Assembly: GCA_944387385.1 (NCBI GenBank)
Contig: CALXES010000003.1
Span: 93-64,092, forward strand
From: an uncultured Clostridia bacterium
GTDB lineage: Bacteria; Bacillota; Clostridia; TANB77; CAG-465
Length of the DNA stretch: 64,000 bases
Direction: 5' to 3'
Shown here: one piece after another, positions 9,924 to 19,835 of the stretch
How the letters are laid out: each line of letters starts with the position of its first letter
How positions within the stretch are numbered: the stretch's first letter is position 1
Notes under the pieces: model-generated
Database searches by the model: none
The model's input: the letters and a program-made list of their open reading frames with translations, nothing else
What the model was told of the DNA's origin: nothing
Translations under genes and position numbers: made by a program

Positions 9924-10068
9924 ATTTCTCTTCTCCCTCCTAAAATGTAAGAAAGTACAAAATATCACTAATCTGTGATAATATAGTACTATTAAAAATA
10001 CACAAATATTATATCACTAATTTACATAAATATCAAGTAAAAAAGAGAACACAATAATTGTTCTCTTT

Positions 10069-10791
10069 TTACTTTATAGTATCTTCATTTTCAAATATTA
10101 CCATATCTGAAATATCTTTTATTTTGTCATATTCTTCTTTAGTTTTTACTGTCCAAACAGCTAAAGCTCTTTTCTTTCTTTTTTGCTTTTTGTAAAATTT
10201 ACTATTTACCTCAGTATAAAGATAAGAAATAAAGTGTGGTTTAGTAATAACATTAAATACCATTTTTCCAAGTAAAAATTTTAATAGTCTTCCATTTACC
10301 TCCCTAATATTTTTAGAAGCTAATTGTCCTCTTATTATACTTGGTACATTTTTCCTTAGCCAATATAAAATTCTTGGATCAAAAGATTCTATAACATATT
10401 CACCCTCGTACTTTTCTAATAAATTTATAAGCTTAGGCATTAGCTCCTTATATCTTTCATTTTTCTTAATTTCAATCATTAAAGGAACTTTACCATCAAC
10501 TAGCATGAGCACATCTTCAAAAGTTGGAATAACATTATCTGTTCCTAGTAGCTTAAGCTTTTTTAATTCATTTAAATTCAATAAGTTTACATCATTTTTT
10601 ATTCCAGTCATTCTTTTTAAGCTAGTGTCATGAAACACAACCAAATGTCCATCTAAAGACATATTCACATCTAATTCTATTGCGTAACCTTTTAAGATAG
10701 CATTTTCAAAAGCTTTCATAGAGTTTTCTGGTGTATCAATTCTATTAAAAAGTCCCCTATGTGCTATATATTTATATTTTTCTATATTCAT
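10069..10791 (-). CDS. glycerophosphodiester phosphodiesterase
   Basis: IAHRG, PENS, ELDV, HD, IEIK, WTV motifs. Confidence 0.93.
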   Translation of the reverse strand: MNIEKYKYIAHRGLFNRIDTPENSMKAFENAILKGYAIELDVNMSLDGHLVVFHDTSLKRMTGIKNDVNLLNLNELKKLKLLGTDNVIPTFEDVLMLVDGKVPLMIEIKKNERYKELMPKLINLLEKYEGEYVIESFDPRILYWLRKNVPSIIRGQLASKNIREVNGRLLKFLLGKMVFNVITKPHFISYLYTEVNSKFYKKQKRKKRALAVWTVKTKEEYDKIKDISDMVIFENEDTIK

Positions 10792-10806
10792 GATCAACCT
10801 CTCTTA

Positions 10807-11664
10807 TTAATTTATATTATTAACTATTTTAATAAATTCTTCTATTGTTAATTCTTCAGCTCTAGTATTTAAGTTCAAATCACATCTTGTAAATAGTTCT
10901 TCGATTTCTTGTTTAGACATATTATTAAAATTCGTAGCGTATAGTGAATTAATCATCTTCTTTCTTCTTTGAGCAAACGATTTATGTATCAACTCAAAAA
11001 ATAATTTTTCATTTGAAACTTCATACTTTCTAATCTTTTTTAAATTAATAACTGCAGATTCTACACCAGGTTCTGGAATAAAACTAGAATTTGGTACAAT
11101 AATTTCAATATTTGCATTTGAAAAATACTCAACCATTAAAGTAAGTATTCCAAACTCTTTACTCTTAGGTTTTGCTGTCATTCTTTGTGCCACTTCTTTT
11201 TGCACCATAACTGTAATATCTGATATACTATTTTCTTCTTCTAATAGCTTAAATATAATTGGTGTAGTTATATAATATGGTAAATTAGCTACAACCTTTA
11301 CATTTCTAAATTTAAAATTATTAACAATCTCAATTTTCTCTACTAACTCATCTATATTTACTTTTAATATGTCTTCATTAATTAAAAGATAATTATTAAA
11401 ACTTTTAAATCTATCTTCTAAAACACTTATCATTTTAGGATCGATTTCAACTAATATAGCATATTTTGCTTTAGATAATATATACTCAGTAAGATTACCT
11501 AAACCTGGACCAATTTCTATTACTAAGTCTTCGTCTGTAATATCTGAAGCGCTAATAATATTTTCTAAAATATTATCATCTATTAAAAAGTTCTGACCAT
11601 ATCTTTTATTAGCTATAATATTAAATTTCTTCATTATACTTTTAGTTTTAATTAAAGTATTCAT
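10807..11664 (-). CDS. rsmA: 16S rRNA m6,2A1518/1519 dimethyltransferase
   Basis: GQNFL, EIGPGLG, VANLPYYITTPI, MVQKEVA, FAQRRK. Confidence 0.96.
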   Translation of the reverse strand: MNTLIKTKSIMKKFNIIANKRYGQNFLIDDNILENIISASDITDEDLVIEIGPGLGNLTEYILSKAKYAILVEIDPKMISVLEDRFKSFNNYLLINEDILKVNIDELVEKIEIVNNFKFRNVKVVANLPYYITTPIIFKLLEEENSISDITVMVQKEVAQRMTAKPKSKEFGILTLMVEYFSNANIEIIVPNSSFIPEPGVESAVINLKKIRKYEVSNEKLFFELIHKSFAQRRKKMINSLYATNFNNMSKQEIEELFTRCDLNLNTRAEELTIEEFIKIVNNIN

Positions 11665-11721
11665 TATTTCTCCTTTAAAAGAACAAAAGAATAGCAGAAA
11701 GCTATTCTTTAATTAACTATA

Positions 11722-12786
11722 TTATATACTTCCTGTATTTATTAAATTCTCTCTATGTGAAAGTATCTTATTACTATACGCTCTATCAATTATTCCTTGA
11801 CTAAAGCATGAATTATAATATCCATTTTCTCCCATATTATATGAATTTAACGCATACACAATTTGAGTTTGATAGTCTGATGTACGAGTAGTTGCTATAC
11901 TCATATATGTACTTAGCATATATGCTCCAGCTGTCATATTATCATATGGATCATATAAATTTGTTATACCCAATTTTGAACTCAAATTAGAAAAGTTAGA
12001 TATTCCAATCTGACATAAACCTAAATACATTCCACCATTACTAGCATTAGGATTAAATCCACTTTCAGTATACATAAGTGCTATAAACATTGGATAATCT
12101 ATTCCATATCTTTTGCATAGATTGTATGCGTACTGTTGATATTCTAGCGGTAATGATATATTGTACTGAGTAAATCCACCGTCAACAACATCTGTACTAA
12201 TTGAAGATACAATATCACTTCTTGATACTGTAACCTTAGTTCCAACTTCTACAACTCTGTTTTGTGCTTCTGCAAGTATTTCAGATCCAATTTCATCTTT
12301 TTGAATTACTTTATCTTTTGTTGATTTTACTATATAACTTATTGATTTTGATCCTTCAACACCTTCTTGTAGTACTTCGGTATCTCCTGAATCTCTTTCT
12401 TCATTATTTACTGTTTCTTCTTCAAATGGTATTGTTTCAATCTCTTGTTTAACACTAGCAACTATTGGAGCATAAGACTCCCTAACACTTTCAATATCAA
12501 AAGCTTCTTCCTCATTACTATATACTGTTAATGTCATACCATTTATCACTCTTGATTTTTCTGATGGTTCAACAATAGCATTATCATTTAAATATATACT
12601 ATTTTGCAATAAGAAAGCATCTACCGAACTAGCTAATGTCTTAACAGATTTTATATCACCATAATAATTAAATGTTATTGTCTTAAGTTGAGTTGTTATT
12701 GCAAGTAATCCAGCTGTAGCAAATATAAGAACTAGACTTACAACTGTAAGAATCTTTCTAACTATAAATGCTTTATCTTCTTCCAC
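11722..12786 (-). CDS. YabE/RpfB-like cell-wall protein (DUF348 + G5 + SLT lytic transglycosylase)
   Basis: TM anchor; G5 pattern (ETIPFE...QEGVEG...VVEVGTK); SLT motifs ES.FNPNA, GLCQI, AL.SYNMG; directly upstream of ksgA. Confidence 0.8.
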   Translation of the reverse strand: MEEDKAFIVRKILTVVSLVLIFATAGLLAITTQLKTITFNYYGDIKSVKTLASSVDAFLLQNSIYLNDNAIVEPSEKSRVINGMTLTVYSNEEEAFDIESVRESYAPIVASVKQEIETIPFEEETVNNEERDSGDTEVLQEGVEGSKSISYIVKSTKDKVIQKDEIGSEILAEAQNRVVEVGTKVTVSRSDIVSSISTDVVDGGFTQYNISLPLEYQQYAYNLCKRYGIDYPMFIALMYTESGFNPNASNGGMYLGLCQIGISNFSNLSSKLGITNLYDPYDNMTAGAYMLSTYMSIATTRTSDYQTQIVYALNSYNMGENGYYNSCFSQGIIDRAYSNKILSHRENLINTGSI

Positions 12787-12996
12787 AAAAATTCCTCCTA
12801 AGATTATTTAACAAACTTATTATACTATATAATATATTCTTTGTCAAATTTATTAGTACTTAATTAGATAAATAACTAATTAAGTTAAAGCTCAATTTTA
12901 CTACTTTTTACCATTTTTAGTAATATTTATTTATTGCAAATATTAATATTTAATGATAGAATATTATAAACACTATTATAAAGGAGGTAATATTTT

Positions 12997-13545
12997 ATGT
13001 GGATTATAATAGTAATAGTCGTTATTATTGCGATTTTACTTTTAATTGCTGGTTTATACAACAATTTAGTAACTCTAAAAATGAGAGTAAAAAATGCGTG
13101 GGCACAAATTGATACTCAATTAAAAAGAAGATTTGATTTAATCCCTAATTTAGTTGAAACTGTAAAAGGATATGCTGCTCATGAACAAGAAACATTAGAA
13201 AAAGTAATCAATGCTAGAAACACATACGTTACTGCTTCTTCTGTAGAAGCCAAAGCAGATGCAAACAATCAATTAACTGAAACACTAAAGAATTTATTTG
13301 CACTTGCAGAATCTTACCCAGATTTAAAAGCAAATCAAAACTTTTTAGCACTACAAACAGAACTATCTGGAACTGAAGATAAAATTGCTTATTCAAGACA
13401 ATTTTACAACGATACTGTTCAAATGTACAATACTGCAATCATGAAATTTCCAGCAAATTTATTTTCTGGAATGTTTGGATTTAAAGAAGAACCATTCTTT
13501 GAAATTAGTGAAGCAGAAAAAGAACCTGTTAAAGTACAATTTTAG
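12997..13545 (+). CDS. lemA: LemA family protein
   Basis: QLKRRFDLIPNLVETVKGYAAHE, ESYPDLKANQNF. Confidence 0.95.
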   Translation: MWIIIVIVVIIAILLLIAGLYNNLVTLKMRVKNAWAQIDTQLKRRFDLIPNLVETVKGYAAHEQETLEKVINARNTYVTASSVEAKADANNQLTETLKNLFALAESYPDLKANQNFLALQTELSGTEDKIAYSRQFYNDTVQMYNTAIMKFPANLFSGMFGFKEEPFFEISEAEKEPVKVQF

Positions 13546-13553
13546 GTGATAAT

Positions 13554-14444
13554 ATGATTTTAAAAGCTGTAAGAGACAACAAAATACATACATATTTTAT
13601 TATTTTAGGTTTCTTTTTAATTATATCATTAATTATATATTTCATATGTTATTACTTAAATTTGGGTGTCTTTTCTATAGTAATAGCACTGGGAGTTTCT
13701 ATAGCAACATCCATAGCTTCATATTATAACTGTGACAAAATGGTTCTAGCTATAAATGGTGCAAGACCGGCTACAGAAGAACAAGATAAGTTGTTGTCAA
13801 GTCTGCTTGATGGACTTTGTATTGCATCTGGTCTTCCAAGACCAAAGTTATATGTAATAAATGATCCTTCACCTAACGCATTTGCAACAGGAAGAAATCC
13901 AGAACACGCAGTAATATGTGTTACTACTGGTCTTCTTGAGATAATGGATAAATATGAACTAGAAGGAGTTCTTGCTCATGAACTCTCACATATAAAAAAT
14001 TATGATATATTATTATCTACAATTATTTCTGTATTTGTTGGCTTTGTAGTAATTGTTTCAGATTTTACTTTAAGATTTGGATTTTTTGGAAGACGTTCAA
14101 ATGATAATGAAAATAGAAGTTCATTAGATATCATATTGTTTATTGTTGGATTAATATTTTTGATTTTATCTCCGCTATTTACCAAGCTTATACAACTTGC
14201 AGTATCTAGAAAAAGAGAATACCTAGCAGATGCTACTGCAGTAGAATTTACTAGAAATCCCAATGGCCTTATATCTGCACTTAAGAAACTACAAGGAGAT
14301 ACTACTACAATGAAAAATGTAAGTAAAGCGACAGCTCATATGTATATTAATGAGCCAGATAAAAAACAAAGAGAAAAAACAAATTTATTTTCTACACATC
14401 CACCAATTTCAGAACGTATTGCAAGACTTGAAAATATAAATTAG
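13554..14444 (+). CDS. htpX: zinc metalloprotease HtpX (M48)
   Basis: PNAFATG, HELSH, SRKREYLAD, FSTHPP. Confidence 0.93.
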   Translation: MILKAVRDNKIHTYFIILGFFLIISLIIYFICYYLNLGVFSIVIALGVSIATSIASYYNCDKMVLAINGARPATEEQDKLLSSLLDGLCIASGLPRPKLYVINDPSPNAFATGRNPEHAVICVTTGLLEIMDKYELEGVLAHELSHIKNYDILLSTIISVFVGFVVIVSDFTLRFGFFGRRSNDNENRSSLDIILFIVGLIFLILSPLFTKLIQLAVSRKREYLADATAVEFTRNPNGLISALKKLQGDTTTMKNVSKATAHMYINEPDKKQREKTNLFSTHPPISERIARLENIN

Positions 14445-14531
14445 TCTCTGTCGAGACTAATTTTTTATTTTTTATTTCAAATAAAATTATAATATGATAT
14501 AATGCTTTTGATGTTAGGAGGATATTATATT

Positions 14532-14990
14532 ATGAAAGAAAGAGGATTTGAAATTGCAAAAGGATATGAAGATAAAGGAATTAATCTTCCTGTAAGAAAA
14601 ACAGCTCATTCTGCAGGTTATGACGTAGAAGCAGCCGAAGATGTCATTATTCCAAAATACTATCCTGGAATTAAACCAACACTTATTCCTACTGGTCTTA
14701 AAGCTTATTGTAAAGAAAATGAATGTTTCTTATTACTTAATCGTAGTAGCGGTCCTAAAAAAGGATTTTTAATGGCAAATAGTGTTGGACTAATTGATTC
14801 TGATTACTATGGTAATCCAGACAACGATGGACATTTTTATTTTTCTTACTTTAACTGTTCTGATCACGACATTGAAGTAAAAAAGGGAGACGTTATTGGA
14901 CAAGTTGTATTCTTAAATTATCTAACTGTAGATAATGATACAGCAACAGGAAAAAGAATAGGTGGATTTGGTTCTACAGATAAAAAATAA
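14532..14990 (+). CDS. dut: trimeric dUTPase
   Basis: AGYD, RSS, GLIDSDY, GQ, RIGGFGST motifs. Confidence 0.93.
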   Translation: MKERGFEIAKGYEDKGINLPVRKTAHSAGYDVEAAEDVIIPKYYPGIKPTLIPTGLKAYCKENECFLLLNRSSGPKKGFLMANSVGLIDSDYYGNPDNDGHFYFSYFNCSDHDIEVKKGDVIGQVVFLNYLTVDNDTATGKRIGGFGSTDKK

Positions 14991-15083
14991 ATTATAAAAG
15001 CTATCAAATGATAGCTTTTTTTGTTATGCTATTAACTTTTAAGTATTTGTATGCTATAATATAGTCACTTAGGAGTGATAATT

Positions 15084-15665
15084 GTGCAAGATCTATACAT
15101 ATATGTAGATAAAGATATTGCTAGTGATTGCTTAAAATATGGAATAAAATTATCTGAATTTGAAAATAGAGTTATACAGCTTAACGATTCAAATAAAAGA
15201 GGAATTCAAGCTTTTCTTTCTCCTAAAGATTCGCCATTATATCTAGACGAAAACTTTGAATGTCTTAGAGTAAAATCCAAAGGATTAACAGCAGTAGTTT
15301 TTAATAAAATTTGTGAAAACACTGATTTAATAGATAAATTTATAACTGATATTGAAAATTATAAGATAGGAGATTATGAAATTCCAGAAGCTATTATTTG
15401 TTCATCTATACTTTCGGATAATCTATCATTATATAATAAAATAATTGATAAGCCTTTACTAGTGCAAAATTCTAGAGAATTTTATTATGAAAAATGTATT
15501 AACGAAATAATAGAAACTGATATGTTTTCAAAATATGAATTATATCAAACTTTATTAATACTTGGTGATCAAAAAAGAGTTCTTAATGTTGAAAAACATA
15601 AAAATGTGAAAATATATACAGACCCTATCAGCCAAAAAATATATACAAAAAGAAGCAATAATTAA
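15084..15665 (+). CDS. hypothetical protein
   Basis: ORF with AGGAG RBS and GTG start; no recognisable motif. Confidence 0.7.
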   Translation: MQDLYIYVDKDIASDCLKYGIKLSEFENRVIQLNDSNKRGIQAFLSPKDSPLYLDENFECLRVKSKGLTAVVFNKICENTDLIDKFITDIENYKIGDYEIPEAIICSSILSDNLSLYNKIIDKPLLVQNSREFYYEKCINEIIETDMFSKYELYQTLLILGDQKRVLNVEKHKNVKIYTDPISQKIYTKRSNN

Positions 15666-15672
15666 TTGCTTC

Positions 15673-16890
15673 TTATTTTTCTTCTATAACCAATTCATCA
15701 TACAGTTCTATCTTAAAGCTTGTATCCAAATTATACTTTTCATATTCCGATTCATCAACATTTTCAACCAAAGCAATACTATCACTTTGTGAAACAATCT
15801 TAATTGGCACTCTTACATAATCTGTACCATAAACCAAAAGAACATAGTTATATCCTTGTATTTCATCTTGATAAATTGCATTTAAAGGTACAGCTATTCC
15901 TGTTTCAGTATACCAAATAACTTCACATGATAATTTTCTATAATCAACAAGACTATCTATGTCATTATCTATTTGAAATAGTGAGTAATTGTAGTCTCCC
16001 TCTTTTATATTTTTAACAAGTGTAGCCGTAATTGACAAATTTTCTAAATCGGAAATTCTTATTTTATAATTTCTGCCAGCCTTTATATATTCATCATCTT
16101 GACTACTCTCTGATTTAACTAAAAGATATGTTCCAAAATTATCTACTATTTTTATTCCAAACTCACTATTATTGTTATTATCATATGATAGTATTAATTT
16201 GTCAAAATCAGAGTACGAATAGTTCTCAATATCATCAAAATTATATGTATTTTCTAACAAATCTATCTTATAAGTTACTACACCTGATATAGGTGTTAAA
16301 ATTGTATTATCTGATGTTTTACTTAAATTTTCCAAATTTTCCCTTTGAGACAATAATTCTCTTATAGCCGAACTATCTGGTGAAGCATTAGCAAGAACAG
16401 TAATCTTTTTATATGCTAACTCATCGAGTTTTGTTTTATACTCTTGAATTTTTAAATATGAAGTTGTTCCTTGAACCTCATTAGAATAATCAAGAATTTT
16501 ATTTTCAATATTAATTAAATCAGCAGAGTAAGTATCTGGTAAATCTTTAACTAATGTTTGTATCTGCTTATCTATTTCTGCAATCTGATTTTGATATTCA
16601 TCATAACTATCATTTTGATATGTTGCAATTACTTCATTTTCTCTTGCTCTTCTTCCTTGCTCTACAATTGCTGTTATTGGTTGATCTTTATCATAATCAA
16701 TAACTGTTTCATTTTTTATAACATATAAATTAGTTTCAACTGAATGCTCAATATCTCCACTAACTACTGTATAAATTGTCTTTTGTTTAAGTTCCGATTT
16801 AGATAAATAAATAATCAAAAAAATTAGTAAGATTATTAAAACTATAATAACTTTTATATTTGATTTAAAAAAATCAATTATTTTTTCCAT
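15673..16890 (-). CDS. HlyD/membrane-fusion-like protein (clostridial type)
   Basis: N-terminal TM, lipoyl-like halves (EQGRR..; TPISGVV) flanking a coiled coil, C-terminal GIAVP..AI barrel. Confidence 0.65.
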   Translation of the reverse strand: MEKIIDFFKSNIKVIIVLIILLIFLIIYLSKSELKQKTIYTVVSGDIEHSVETNLYVIKNETVIDYDKDQPITAIVEQGRRARENEVIATYQNDSYDEYQNQIAEIDKQIQTLVKDLPDTYSADLINIENKILDYSNEVQGTTSYLKIQEYKTKLDELAYKKITVLANASPDSSAIRELLSQRENLENLSKTSDNTILTPISGVVTYKIDLLENTYNFDDIENYSYSDFDKLILSYDNNNNSEFGIKIVDNFGTYLLVKSESSQDDEYIKAGRNYKIRISDLENLSITATLVKNIKEGDYNYSLFQIDNDIDSLVDYRKLSCEVIWYTETGIAVPLNAIYQDEIQGYNYVLLVYGTDYVRVPIKIVSQSDSIALVENVDESEYEKYNLDTSFKIELYDELVIEEK

Positions 16891-16904
16891 AGTATTCTCC
16901 TATA

Positions 16905-17828
16905 TTATACATTTTTTAAAATTTCATCTACTAATTCATTTCTTGGCTTACTTCCATCTAACTTTATACATTGAAGTTTATTATTAAACCATGTCATTTG
17001 TCTTTTGGCATAATGTCTAGTTTCTTTTTTTAATGTATCTATAGCTTCCTCTAAAGTTATCTTTCCCTCAAAATATGGAAAAAACTCCTTATAGCCAATG
17101 GCTTGCATACAAGTATTATTATTTGGAAGTTTCATATCATATATTTTTCTTGCTTCATCTAATATTCCATCTTTAAGCATTAAATCAACCCTAAGATTTA
17201 TTCTGTTATACAAGTACTCCCTTTCTTGATTAATACAAAATATCAAGAAATCATACTTGCTTTTTTCTTTTTTTATTCGCTCTTCTTCTTCAACCATATG
17301 AGTAGATTTTAACTTAACATTTTGAGCCATTTCAATAGCTCTAATTACACGCTTAACATTATTTTTATGAATTTGTTTTGCTGTAATTGGATCTAAATTT
17401 TCAAGAATGGAATGTAGATAATCATTACCTTTTTCTTTGGCAATATTTTCTAGTTTTTTTCTATATTCTAAATCTACATTTTCTTCATTAAAATTCATAT
17501 TATATACTACTGCATTAACATAAAGACCTGTTCCACCAGCAATTATTACATTTTTTCCTCTGCTACGTATTTCTTCTATTTTATCATAACACATCTGTTT
17601 AAATTCAGCAACGCTAAAATTTTCATCTATATTACATATGTCGATTAGATGATGCGGAATTCCTTGTGCTTCTTCTTTTGTAACCTTTGCGGTACCAACA
17701 TTAAGTCCTCTATATATTTGCATAGAATCTGCAGATATAATTTCTGCATCTATTTTTTTAGCAAGTTCAATTGCAAGACCAGTTTTACCTGATGCTGTTG
17801 GTCCTACTATACAAATAATTTTATCCAC
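16905..17828 (-). CDS. miaA: tRNA dimethylallyltransferase
   Basis: GPTASGKT, DSMQIY, GGTGLY, QAIGYKE, YAKRQMTW. Confidence 0.97.
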   Translation of the reverse strand: MDKIICIVGPTASGKTGLAIELAKKIDAEIISADSMQIYRGLNVGTAKVTKEEAQGIPHHLIDICNIDENFSVAEFKQMCYDKIEEIRSRGKNVIIAGGTGLYVNAVVYNMNFNEENVDLEYRKKLENIAKEKGNDYLHSILENLDPITAKQIHKNNVKRVIRAIEMAQNVKLKSTHMVEEEERIKKEKSKYDFLIFCINQEREYLYNRINLRVDLMLKDGILDEARKIYDMKLPNNNTCMQAIGYKEFFPYFEGKITLEEAIDTLKKETRHYAKRQMTWFNNKLQCIKLDGSKPRNELVDEILKNV

Positions 17829-17840
17829 TATATTTCTCCT

Positions 17841-19754
17841 TTATTTTCTCATAAATTTTCTCTCTATTTCATATCTTGTCATAGGAATTGCTGTTGGTCT
17901 TCCATGAGGACAAGTAAATGGATTATCTAATCCAATCATATTATCTACAAGTCTCTTTTGCTCTTCAACATCTAGCTTCATTCCGCCTTTTACAGCAGCT
18001 TTACAAGCAAGAGTCGCTAAAAATCTGTGTTCTTTTTCTTGTCTTTCTGTCTTTTCTGTTGTTGAAAGCTCTGTTATTATATCTTTAAACATTGACTTAT
18101 GATCAATATTATATCCTACATTTGGAACTCCAGAAATTTTATATGTATTTTCACCAAATTCTTCAAGAATAAAGCCAGAATCTTCAAACATATTGAGATT
18201 TTCTCTTACTATATTCATCTCTTTTGTAGATAATCCTATTAAAAGTGGAATAAGAAGCATTTGTGTCTGTCTATCTTTCGCATAATATGCCTCTTTAATT
18301 TGCTCAAATAAATAACGCTCATGTGCAGCATGCTGATCTACAAAATACATTTTATCTTTCATTTGAATTATAATATATGTATCAAATAAATTTCCAATAT
18401 ACTTATACACATTATCTATCTTTTCCATTTGAGTATTTTCATAGGTCTCAACATCAAATTTTGCTTGCTCAAAAGTAGAAGTTTCTTCCTCTTTTTTTTC
18501 TTGTACTTTTGTATTAATATTTCCAACTTTTTCATTTAAAGAATCTATTAAACTATTTATATTTACAGGCTCAATTTTAGGCTTATTATATAATTTTTGA
18601 GTTGCAGTTTCAAAACTAAACTTTTTTTCTTCTTTATTATCTAAAACAACTCCATTATTCATTAAATCCTTTGAAATTTGCTTTACTTTATCTTCATTTT
18701 CATTAATAATATTTTCTTGAACTTTTATTTCTTCTCTTGCGATAGTAAATGGACTAGTGTTTTTATTATCATTTTCTATTGCACTCCTTACGGCATGATA
18801 CACAACATCAAAAATCTTACTTTCATCTGCAAATTTCACTTCAAGTTTTGCAGGATGAACATTAACATCAAGTTGAGATGGATTCATATATATATTACAT
18901 ACAATAAAAGCATGTTTACTAATTGCAAATTTCTCTTCACAGGCTCTATCAATAGCTGAAGATATTGTCTTATCTTTTATATATCTATTATTAATAAAAA
19001 TAAATTGATGTGTTCTTGTTGAACGTGATATTGATGGCTTTCCAATCATTCCAAAAACTTTCATATCACCAGATTCATAATCTATAGGTAATACTGCACT
19101 ATAATACTCCTTACCAAAAATATTATATATTGTATCATGTAAATTTCCTGTACCTGATGTCTGTAAAATCGTTTTTCCATTGTTAATAAATCTAAAACTT
19201 ATGTGTGGATAAGCAAGAGCAATCCTTGTCACAACATCTTCAACATATCCAGCTTCTGTGTAATCCTTCTTTAAAAACTTAAACCTTGCTGGTACATTAT
19301 AAAACACGTCAAATATTTCAATTGTTGTTCCTGTTGTAAAAGGTACTTCTTGTTTAGACTTAATTTCACCATTTTCTACTCTTACTTTAATTCCAATTTC
19401 TTCATTTTCATTTTTGGTTGTAAGAGTAATTTTAGATATTGCAGCAACAGAAGCAAGTGCTTCACCTCTAAACCCCATAGAGGTAATACTTTGCAAATCT
19501 TCCTCTTTTCTTATTTTACTAGTAGCATGTCTTTCAAAAGCAAGTTCTATATCATCAGATTTAAAACCTTTTCCATTATCTATTATCTTAATATAACTTA
19601 TTCCGCCTTTTCTTATTTCAACAGTAATAGAAGTAGCTTTTGCATCTATTGAATTTTCAACTAATTCTTTTACTATTGAAGCTGGTCTATCAACAACTTC
19701 CCCAGCTGCTATTTTATTTATTGTTTGTTCATCTAATAATACAATATCTCCCAT
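17841..19754 (-). CDS. mutL: DNA mismatch repair endonuclease MutL
   Basis: IAAGEVV, GFRGEAL, DQHAAHE, CPHGRP. Confidence 0.97.
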   Translation of the reverse strand: MGDIVLLDEQTINKIAAGEVVDRPASIVKELVENSIDAKATSITVEIRKGGISYIKIIDNGKGFKSDDIELAFERHATSKIRKEEDLQSITSMGFRGEALASVAAISKITLTTKNENEEIGIKVRVENGEIKSKQEVPFTTGTTIEIFDVFYNVPARFKFLKKDYTEAGYVEDVVTRIALAYPHISFRFINNGKTILQTSGTGNLHDTIYNIFGKEYYSAVLPIDYESGDMKVFGMIGKPSISRSTRTHQFIFINNRYIKDKTISSAIDRACEEKFAISKHAFIVCNIYMNPSQLDVNVHPAKLEVKFADESKIFDVVYHAVRSAIENDNKNTSPFTIAREEIKVQENIINENEDKVKQISKDLMNNGVVLDNKEEKKFSFETATQKLYNKPKIEPVNINSLIDSLNEKVGNINTKVQEKKEEETSTFEQAKFDVETYENTQMEKIDNVYKYIGNLFDTYIIIQMKDKMYFVDQHAAHERYLFEQIKEAYYAKDRQTQMLLIPLLIGLSTKEMNIVRENLNMFEDSGFILEEFGENTYKISGVPNVGYNIDHKSMFKDIITELSTTEKTERQEKEHRFLATLACKAAVKGGMKLDVEEQKRLVDNMIGLDNPFTCPHGRPTAIPMTRYEIERKFMRK

Positions 19755-19835
19755 ATTAATCTCCTTATTTTCTTTTTTAATTATACTATCTTTTTGTAGA
19801 TTTTACAAGATAGAAAAAAGCACATAAAAATGTGC

